A stretch of DNA of 14,433 nucleotides from Nanobdellota archaeon (GTDB lineage Archaea > Nanobdellota > Nanobdellia > SCGC-AAA011-G17 > JACPNG01): assembly GCA_038046345.1 (NCBI GenBank), contig JBBSWJ010000022.1, positions 17,682 through 32,114 of the forward strand. Direction: 5' to 3'. The position numbers were made by a program, and so were the translations under genes. The notes under the pieces were generated by a model. That model was not told the DNA's origin. It did not search any database and worked only from the letters and a program-made list of their open reading frames with translations. Positions 8,313 to 14,433 of the stretch are shown here, piece after piece. How positions within the stretch are numbered: the first letter of the stretch is position 1; the number at the start of each line of letters is the position of its first letter.

Positions 8313-8798
8313 TTACTTTTTTGATTCTTTTACAACCTTCATAATGTTTGAAACGAAGAACTTTGCATTCTTTAATGAATCTTCTGCAGGTTCTTTGTTT
8401 GCCTAAGGTATCGTTTGATAAGTAAAATGTCCACGCTTCCATTTCTCATCTTTGAACATTTGTAATAATTCGTCTGCTCTGACTATCATTTTCTTGTATA
8501 TCTTAAGAAAGTTAATATCTAATTCATTAGTATCAACAAAATTTTTCTTAAATTCCTCAAATGTCTTCTTATGAACTTCCGGTGTTTTTGTATCAATTTT
8601 CTTAGTCAAAAGAAGAGCCTTTGCTGCGTAAAAAATTGCATAATAAGAATGAGAAATAACTGCGCTATAAAAACTGATATCTTCTGGAAGATCAAAATTT
8701 TCTTTATCTTCTCCCTGTTCAGTTAATCGCTTTAGAGATTCTGCTATCATTACCTCGTTATTTGACCTATCTAGATATATTTCAGTAAGTGAACCCAT
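8313..8798 (-). pseudogene. HEPN-domain toxin (COG1895/UPF0332-like) interrupted by an in-frame TAG at 8403-8405
   Basis: SHSYYAIFYAAKALL signature and KRGHFTY (R-x4-Y, 8418-8435). After the TAG the frame continues as ANKEPAEDSLKNAKFFVSNIMKVVKESKK to TAA at 8313-8315. Confidence 0.8.
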
Positions 8799-9393
8799 TT
8801 TTCATTGCCTCAATCATTATTTTATAGTAAGCCTCTGCTCCATAAAAGATAAGATTATTTTTAACAAATTCCTTTCCATAATTGTGTTTTTCATCTAGTA
8901 ACATTTGCTTAAACTCATCGTCTGTAAAAACATACAAATGAATCTCTGGTATACTTAACTCACAAAATTGTTTTAATCTTGCTGTAACCTTCTTAACATC
9001 TATTGGAACAATTAAAACAAGATCAAGATCTGATTTTGGAGTTTGCTTCCATTTTGCATAACTTCCTGTTATTAATAAAGTTAAAAAGTTAATTTTTGCT
9101 TTTTTGATTACTTCAATTATGTTATCAATAGGAATGCCTTTTCTATTCCATGCTTTATATTCAGCAGCCATTGATAAGAATGAAATCGCTTTAGGAGAAT
9201 CTGCGATTTTGTAGATTGCTACTCCTCCCTTTTTGTCTTTAGTTAGTATTCCTTCTTTCACAAAAGACTTAAGAGAATTATACGTATAACTTTCTGACTT
9301 ACTATCAATATATCTTTTGACATCCTTAAATAGGTAGGTAATAGTTGGATTTGTTACAAATACGTCCAGGACTTTATATGATTTTTTTAACAT
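8782..9393 (-). CDS. wHTH + minimal nucleotidyltransferase (MNT) antitoxin
   Basis: N-terminal wHTH-like region (...YNSLKSFVKEGILTK...YKI); LITGSYAKWKQTPKSDLDLVLI (GS-x10-DxD); overlaps the HEPN start by 17 nt. Confidence 0.9.
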   Translation of the reverse strand: MLKKSYKVLDVFVTNPTITYLFKDVKRYIDSKSESYTYNSLKSFVKEGILTKDKKGGVAIYKIADSPKAISFLSMAAEYKAWNRKGIPIDNIIEVIKKAKINFLTLLITGSYAKWKQTPKSDLDLVLIVPIDVKKVTARLKQFCELSIPEIHLYVFTDDEFKQMLLDEKHNYGKEFVKNNLIFYGAEAYYKIMIEAMKNGFTY

Positions 9394-9398
9394 TTTTC

Positions 9399-9443
9399 TT
9401 TTTAGGTTTAATTTATCCTAAAAATAGGATTTAACTATATAAA
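9399..9443 (-). promoter_or_regulatory. TA1 promoter with palindromic operator
   Basis: TATA TTTATATA (9436-43 on -); ATCCTA-AAAA-TAGGAT (9415-30); extra half-site TTTTTAGG (9399-9406) inverted relative to CCTAAAAA (9417-24). Confidence 0.6.
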
Positions 9444-9579
9444 GCTTTGCATTTTATTCCCTTCTTAAAAAGATACTCTACTATTCTTCTCCACCGAACC
9501 ACTGCGAAGGGCAGTAAATTATTTCCCCAACTATAGATGTAAAATGAGTGTGCCCCTTGATGTATGTTTCAGGCAGAGC

Positions 9580-9873
9580 CTACTTCAACTTTTTAAAAAT
9601 TGTTCCTAACGCTTCATCAAGACCAAAAAACAAATTACGATTATCAACCTCATGATCAATAGGCTCATGCCCATTAAATTGAACTACTGCCTTCAACTTA
9701 AAGCTGGTCTTATCAGCAGATTCATCAAGCCTTAAAGAAAGTTCCTGGAACTCAGCAACAGCATCATGCATCTTACGAACATAATTTCCAACTAATTTCT
9801 TAACAACAACAAGCTTAGCAGGATCAAGATCATTAAACCCATCAAGTTTTATGTTACCACCCAGCTCTATCAT
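9580..9873 (-). CDS. Small protein with inferred HPF/RaiA (ribosome hibernation factor)-like fold
   Basis: 97 aa with a beta-alpha-beta-beta-beta-alpha pattern; C-terminal NRNLFFGLDEALGTIFKKLK resembles the HPF DMYAAID..IDKL.RQL helix. The CDS is well supported; the function is inferred. Confidence 0.65.
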   Translation of the reverse strand: MIELGGNIKLDGFNDLDPAKLVVVKKLVGNYVRKMHDAVAEFQELSLRLDESADKTSFKLKAVVQFNGHEPIDHEVDNRNLFFGLDEALGTIFKKLK

Positions 9874-9980
9874 GTTAGCATATCAAGAAACACTGATCAT
9901 TAATATTGTTTTCTATTTTTGAGCAGTAGTGATTATAAACTTTAATCAAGAATTAAACTACCAAAAACTAGCTTACAACT

Positions 9981-11645
9981 TCATTTTAAAAGTTTTGAAA
10001 CATAAACACCATCTGGAGAGTACCCTAACTTGTAGTAATAATGTCTAACACCTATACCACTGATAACAATAAGTTTCTTAGCATCAAATTCATCTAAGGC
10101 TATAGTTTCAGCCGCGTCCATTAACCTACGACCAAGCCCATGATGCTGGATTTTTCCTACCTCTCCAAATTGTGTAGCCTGGCCATAGACATGCAGCTCT
10201 CTAACACCGAGGGTATTAGCCTTTATCTCACTGCGAAATGGTTTTGAAGGACACCTCAAACGCAAAAACCCAAGCAGTATATCATTTTTAACATCTTCAA
10301 ATGATAAAAAAACTTCGTCTCCATCACTGGACTTATAATCCAACCTGTAAAGTTTCACATGATCCCAGCTAATAAGACGCGATCGAGGCTCACGACAGCG
10401 TATACAACTGCAAGTAATACCCCGTTTCTTCATTAAAGCATGGACATACTGTCTAAAATTAGTCATACCAACACCATCAATTGTAACATGCGTGGGAATA
10501 TCACGCTGAATCCTCATAATCCTACAATACTTAGGGACGAACTTCTTTGCCTCAACTAAAACTTCTGCTGCCTCTTCAGTTGTTAAAGGAGTAAACTTAT
10601 TGGATAAGTATTCATTATGCAATTCAGTGCCTGGCAAAACCATGCAAGGATAAATCTTTAACGCATCAGGACGAAAATCCTGGTTGCTAAACAGCTCTTT
10701 AATCATTGAGGTACTTTCATCAACACCTTCATATAACCCTGGCATGATTTGATGACATGCTTTCAAAAAAGAATCCTTAACAAGTTTCGTTGCAGCTATT
10801 GAAGAATTGACATCATGCCCCCGTTTCACCTTTTTTAATATTTCATCTGAAAGAGACTGAACCCCTAATTCAACACGGGTAGCCCCAAGAGAAAGCATAA
10901 AATTAATTTCACCCTCATAACAGCAATCAGGACGAGTTTCAATCACCATTGTAACACAACGCACATTACTTACTTCATTACGACATTGCTCAAAATTCAA
11001 AGAAGATACTTTTTTTTGAAGAAGCTTATTCAGAATGCGAGACGTGCGGATTGGATCATGAACATCAGCAGGAAGCTCAAAAAAATTCTTAAATGCATTG
11101 AAGTCAAAAACATTATTCTTAAAGAACATATCAGAAAAATCATTCATAGCCTGAAGAGCTTCAGTAATAAAATTCTGTTGATACACCTTCGGCAAAGCTG
11201 AAAAAGTACCGCCCATGATTATTAATTCAACTTTTCCAAACGAATGGTTTAACAAAGAATACTGCTCCAAACGGTTCATAACCTGAGCATATGCAGAAAA
11301 CTTATTTCTAGCAGCTCGCATACTAGCAGGTTCATTACCAGTGTAAGATTTAGGAACACTACCAAAAAATGAATCAGGACCACCAGGGCAATAAGTACAC
11401 TTAGCCTGAGGGGGGCAAGAAAATGGCTGAGTCATAATAGCAACAGGAGCAACACCAGAGATAGTACGGGACGGTTTCGATAACAAAACAGGGCTTAACT
11501 CCGGTAAATTAGTTAAAACCTTAATGATGGAAGGAACATTTTTAAGTTTGTATTTCTTGACAAGCTGATCTCTTAATCCCATAAAATCTTTTTTAGACAA
11601 AATACCAACAGAGCTGGTCTGAAGCTCCTTATAAAAATCTTCCAT
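9981..11645 (-). CDS. elp3: Elp3 tRNA uridine-34 carboxymethyltransferase (radical SAM + GNAT/KAT)
   Basis: SRTISGVAPVAIMT; CPPQAKCTYCPGG; GNEPASMRA; ELIIMGGTF; IETRPD; TRVELGVQ; RIQRDIP; VRELHVYG; QHHGLG; SGIGVRHYYYKLGY. Start set at ATG 11645 (MEDFYKEL), which has a TATA upstream. Confidence 0.96.
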   Translation of the reverse strand: MEDFYKELQTSSVGILSKKDFMGLRDQLVKKYKLKNVPSIIKVLTNLPELSPVLLSKPSRTISGVAPVAIMTQPFSCPPQAKCTYCPGGPDSFFGSVPKSYTGNEPASMRAARNKFSAYAQVMNRLEQYSLLNHSFGKVELIIMGGTFSALPKVYQQNFITEALQAMNDFSDMFFKNNVFDFNAFKNFFELPADVHDPIRTSRILNKLLQKKVSSLNFEQCRNEVSNVRCVTMVIETRPDCCYEGEINFMLSLGATRVELGVQSLSDEILKKVKRGHDVNSSIAATKLVKDSFLKACHQIMPGLYEGVDESTSMIKELFSNQDFRPDALKIYPCMVLPGTELHNEYLSNKFTPLTTEEAAEVLVEAKKFVPKYCRIMRIQRDIPTHVTIDGVGMTNFRQYVHALMKKRGITCSCIRCREPRSRLISWDHVKLYRLDYKSSDGDEVFLSFEDVKNDILLGFLRLRCPSKPFRSEIKANTLGVRELHVYGQATQFGEVGKIQHHGLGRRLMDAAETIALDEFDAKKLIVISGIGVRHYYYKLGYSPDGVYVSKLLK

Positions 11646-11666
11646 GACATAAGCTATAAGAAAAAA

Positions 11667-11674
11667 TTTATATA
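11667..11674. promoter_or_regulatory. TATA element in the divergent elp3/RDD spacer
   Basis: Reads TATATAAA on - (22-29 nt before the elp3 ATG) and TTTATATA on + (40 nt before the RDD ATG). Confidence 0.5.
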
Positions 11675-11714
11675 CGTTAGCTTTTACTGATAACAATATA
11701 CCTTTAAGAAAAAA

Positions 11715-12185
11715 ATGAAAACACAACCAAATAATGAAGCAGCACCAATATGGAAGAGGACGATTGCTTTTGTTGTAGATATAATAATTGTGAGAGTGAT
11801 TGCTACACCAATTTATGACATCATTGAGAAAAGAATGTTTTTAGGAGAACCACCCACATCATTAAGCGCCATGCTAAATGCTAAAATCGCGCCAATAGGC
11901 ACGGAAATAACACTACTAACCGCACTGGTTGGATTAATCACATTAGCATACTTTGTGTTCATGGAAAAAATGTTACAACAAACTATTGGGAAGATGATAC
12001 TTAAAATAAAAATAACAAGCCAAACGGGCACAATGGAATGGTGGCAAGTAATTGTAAGAAACTTAACAAAAGCATTTTCATTGTTTTTACCATTCTTTTT
12101 ATTAGCTGATTTTGTTTATCTGCTGTTCAAAAAGACACAAAAATTTACTGATATACTTAGCAAAACCGAGGTAACATCTAAGTGA
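11715..12185 (+). CDS. RDD family membrane protein
   Basis: APIWKRTIAFVVDIIIV...YFVFME...QTIGKMILKIKI...IVRNLTK; several hydrophobic segments. Confidence 0.9.
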   Translation: MKTQPNNEAAPIWKRTIAFVVDIIIVRVIATPIYDIIEKRMFLGEPPTSLSAMLNAKIAPIGTEITLLTALVGLITLAYFVFMEKMLQQTIGKMILKIKITSQTGTMEWWQVIVRNLTKAFSLFLPFFLLADFVYLLFKKTQKFTDILSKTEVTSK

Positions 12186-13099
12186 TAGACTCAAAAAAGA
12201 TACTAACTGTTATATTAATAATAGCAGTGCTTTACATAGTTAGCCTGGGTGTATCATCAATCTTATTTAGCGGGGCAAATGCAAAAAATAAAATAGCAAT
12301 AATCCCAATTAACGGACCGATAAGCTTACAAGACACAGAATCATTTGGAATAATTCCAAGCACTACAAGCTCAGAAACTATATTAGAATTCATTAAAAAA
12401 GCTAAGGAAGACGACTCCGTAAAGGGTGTGCTATTGGACATAAACAGTCCCGGCGGAACTGCTGTAGCAAGCAAGGAAATAGCAAAAGCAATAGGAAAAC
12501 TAGAAAAACCAGTAGTCGCAGTAATAAGAGAAGTTGGAGCATCTGGAGCTTATTGGATAGCAAGCGCAAGTGACTACATAATAAGTGATGAACTAAGCAT
12601 AACTGGCAGTATCGGAGTAATAGGAAGCTACTTAGAATTCTCAAAATTATTTGAAGAATATGGAGTAACATACCAGCAATTAGTTGGCGGAGAAGAGAAA
12701 GACATAGGCATACCCTACAGGGAGTTGAAAGCAAATGAAAAAATAAAGTTACAATCAAAGATAAACATAATCCATGATGCATTCATACAAGAAGTAGCAC
12801 GAAACAGAAATATACCACTTGAAAAAACAAGGGAATTAGCAACCGGGATATTCTACTTAGGAACAGAAGCAAAAGAACTTGGACTAGTCGATGGATTTGG
12901 AGATAAAGAAAGCGGCATAGCAAAAATAAAAGAACTTGCAGGTATACAAGAAGCAGCTATAATAGAGTTAAAAGAAGAAAAAACAATACTGGATATACTA
13001 TCATTAATATCCTCAAAATTGTTTTACTCACTTGGTATGGGTTTTGCTAGAGAACTAAGCATCATCTCTACAGAACAACAGTATTCAATAAAATTATAA
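12182..13099 (+). CDS. sppA: Signal peptide peptidase SppA (S49, short form)
   Basis: N-terminal TM helix; IAIIPINGPI; LDINSPGG; VGASGAYWIASA; ITGSIGV; GEEKD; LVDGFG. GTG start in a GTGA overlap with the RDD stop. Confidence 0.95.
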   Translation: MIDSKKILTVILIIAVLYIVSLGVSSILFSGANAKNKIAIIPINGPISLQDTESFGIIPSTTSSETILEFIKKAKEDDSVKGVLLDINSPGGTAVASKEIAKAIGKLEKPVVAVIREVGASGAYWIASASDYIISDELSITGSIGVIGSYLEFSKLFEEYGVTYQQLVGGEEKDIGIPYRELKANEKIKLQSKINIIHDAFIQEVARNRNIPLEKTRELATGIFYLGTEAKELGLVDGFGDKESGIAKIKELAGIQEAAIIELKEEKTILDILSLISSKLFYSLGMGFARELSIISTEQQYSIKL

Positions 13100-13288
13100 T
13101 GATACTTCTTTTCTTTCAGACTCAGAATACTGATATAACTTACCTTCCTCTTCATCAAAAGTACTACAATGAGAACCATCACAAAAAGGTTTCTGATCAG
13201 ACAACCCACACTGACAAAAAGACTTGCCTACCATATCAGCAGTGATCATAAGAGGACCACTCTTTTCGTGAACTACTACTCTTGCCAT
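13094..13288 (-). CDS. CDGSH iron-sulfur domain protein
   Basis: Exact motif CQCGLSDQKPFCDGSH. Start placed at MARVV (13288), with TTTATTAA about 25 nt upstream. Confidence 0.92.
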   Translation of the reverse strand: MARVVVHEKSGPLMITADMVGKSFCQCGLSDQKPFCDGSHCSTFDEEEGKLYQYSESERKEVSL

Positions 13289-13371
13289 GTAAAGCATAAA
13301 TATAAGCAGTTAATAAAGATTGTGTAACCATTATATTGTTAAGTTAAAGGGGCTTATGAAACTAAAAAAAA

Positions 13372-13509
13372 TTATCTAATTCCATATTCAGGCAATTTTT
13401 GTGGAACATAAGAATCAACAGGTTTTCCATCTATTTCTAAATATGCTCTATTTCCATCAACCATATAAAACTTTTCATACTTGTTATTACCTATAACATC
13501 TTGTATCAT
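13372..13509 (-). CDS. Unannotated 45-aa ORF or 3' gene remnant
   Basis: MIQDVIGNNKYEKFYMVDGNRAYLEIDGKPVDSYVPQKLPEYGIR*; the TAA is followed directly by T8. The frame stays open a further 22 codons upstream but has no ATG there. Confidence 0.45.
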   Translation of the reverse strand: MIQDVIGNNKYEKFYMVDGNRAYLEIDGKPVDSYVPQKLPEYGIR

Positions 13510-13539
13510 TATATTCAATGGGTATGTTCTTCTCAATAG

Positions 13540-13650
13540 CTCGTGAGTTCCCTTGCACGATTTTGTTGCTCCGGCTCAAAGAACTTTACGATTGACGCTT
13601 CCGTGTAAACAAACCCAAAAACGACGAGTAGAGGCTAACTTAACGGAAAG
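13540..13650. other. GC-richer multi-stem palindromic spacer upstream of TA2
   Basis: TCGTG/CACGA (13541-45/13556-60); CTCGT/ACGAG (13540-44/13624-28); CGATTTTG vs CAAAAACG; TTTAC/GTAAA; TTCCGT/ACGGAA. Confidence 0.3.
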
Positions 13651-13651
13651 A

Positions 13652-13684
13652 TTTATATGCATAATATAATGTATTAAAGTACAT
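13652..13684 (+). promoter_or_regulatory. TA2 promoter with palindromic operator
   Basis: BRE-like CGGAAAG, TATA TTTATAT (13652-58), and ATGTA-N6-TACAT (13669-84) ending 1 nt before ATG 13686. Confidence 0.55.
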
Positions 13685-13685
13685 A

Positions 13686-14261
13686 ATGAAAACTGAACTT
13701 AAAATCATTAAGCGCTTTATCGAAAATAAAAAACCAAAAACTATTAGGGAGATCGCCCAACAAATTAAAGCCGATTACAGAATAACTCATATTGCTGTAA
13801 AGAGACTTATCGAAAAGAAGATTCTCAAAGTTCAAACCGTAGGGAAAAGCTCTTTATGTTCTTTAAATGAAAAATGCTTCGGAACCAACCTCTACGAGGC
13901 AGAAAACGAAAGACGAGAAGAAATTCTCAAAAACAAGAACATTAATCAACTCTACAAAGAAATCATGTCCAAAGTAAAGACTAGTTCTTTTATCTTACTC
14001 ATATTTGGTTCTTATGCAAAAAACAAACAAACAAAATCCTCAGATATTGACCTTCTATTTATATCAAATGAGAGTAATTTTGAAAGCAAAGTTTCAGATA
14101 TCCTCTCATTACTTCCATTAAAAACTCATGCTCTGATATTTACAGAAGAAGAATTTATCAGGATGAAAGATTCTAAAAAATCGAATGTAATCCAAGAAGC
14201 AATAGAAAGTAATATTATACTGTATGGGATTGAAGCGTATTACCGATTAAACAATGCTTGA
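13686..14261 (+). CDS. wHTH + MNT antitoxin (paralog of 8782-9393)
   Basis: TIREIAQQIKADYRITHIAVKRLIEKKIL (HTH); LIFGSYAKNKQTKSSDIDLLFI (GS-x10-DxD); C-terminal ILYGIEAYY. Confidence 0.92.
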   Translation: MKTELKIIKRFIENKKPKTIREIAQQIKADYRITHIAVKRLIEKKILKVQTVGKSSLCSLNEKCFGTNLYEAENERREEILKNKNINQLYKEIMSKVKTSSFILLIFGSYAKNKQTKSSDIDLLFISNESNFESKVSDILSLLPLKTHALIFTEEEFIRMKDSKKSNVIQEAIESNIILYGIEAYYRLNNA

Positions 14262-14433
14262 CGAAAAACGGATTAAAGAAGCAGAATCAAATGTGAGACA
14301 ATATGTACAAGATGGTCTGCTCAAGAAACAAACGAATGAAACAGCCAAAGCCATGTATATTGAAAACGCTGATCTCTCACTGGAAACAGCTAAGAAACTT
14401 CTTGCGTTGGAAACTAATGATTATCACCCTTAC
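14254..14433 (+). CDS. HEPN-type partner toxin (3'-partial)
   Basis: The ATG overlaps the MNT stop by 8 nt, and the frame is open to the window end: MLDEKRIKEAESNVRQYVQDGLLKKQTNETAKAMYIENADLSLETAKKLLALETNDYHPY. The HEPN call rests on context and the ..AD.SL..A helix; the catalytic motif lies outside the window. Confidence 0.72.
   Translation, partial: MLDEKRIKEAESNVRQYVQDGLLKKQTNETAKAMYIENADLSLETAKKLLALETNDYHPY

Noticed and set aside
9040-9065. Trp in the MNT1 GSYAKW motif as evidence of antitoxin decay
   Set aside because: The catalytic GS and DxD residues are intact and the paralog has Asn at that position, so the site is evidently variable.
5071-9582. Genome-wide TAG reassignment (Gln or pyrrolysine), suggested by the HEPN amber and the open frame after the HPF-like TAG
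   Set aside because: No other gene among several thousand codons has an internal TAG. DUF655 and the HPF-like gene end at TAG where their domains are complete, and no pyl genes are in the window.
11646-11726. 27-aa N-terminal extension of Elp3
   Set aside because: It overlaps the RDD start and the TATA element; ATG 11645 fits the leaderless promoter spacing.
567-13209. Shadow ORFs (567-785, 2641-2883, 2768-3034, 4782-4967, 5610-5807, 6399-6632, 7718-7921, 10986-11201, 11813-12031, 12232-12474, 12402-12782, 13024-13209)
   Set aside because: They overlap well-supported genes or palindromic DNA, in other frames or antisense, and have no recognisable motifs.
4870-13650. Bona fide integron/attC cassette array
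   Set aside because: R-box-like AAC/GTT ends are present, but the L''/L' boxes do not pair, there is no integrase, and the elements are not copies of one another. They are kept only as low-confidence candidates.
1-14433. tRNA, rRNA or CRISPR array
   Set aside because: No cloverleaf (the GGTTCG near 9495 lacks the surrounding arms), no rRNA-like GC-rich tract, and no regularly spaced direct repeats.

Overview
This is an AT-rich archaeal chromosomal window. The archaeal-only genes (rpl18e, rpl21e, rpo3/rpoD, rpo4/rpoF, DUF655), the TATA promoters with leaderless first genes, and the compact layout suggest a DPANN (Woesearchaeota/Nanoarchaeota-like) genome; that assignment is inference. The core is information processing: rps13-rps4-rps11-rpoD-rpl18e-rpl13-rps9 on the minus strand, then rpl21e-rpoF-DUF655, elp3, oligoendopeptidase F, RDD-sppA and a CDGSH Fe-S protein. 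Accessory DNA is interspersed: a Cys-rich LpqC/PHB-depolymerase-like esterase, a Nudix hydrolase and two paralogous wHTH-MNT/HEPN toxin-antitoxin modules. Main observations: (1) a standalone 97-aa protein whose inferred fold matches bacterial HPF/RaiA ribosome hibernation factors; (2) the first HEPN toxin has a single in-frame TAG, and the frame continues for 29 codons encoding the missing terminal helix; (3) each TA promoter has its own 16-bp palindromic operator; (4) GC-richer, bulged palindromes border the accessory genes; (5) an unannotated 45-codon ORF or gene remnant with its own T-tract. No rRNA, tRNA, CRISPR array, integrase or transposase was found.
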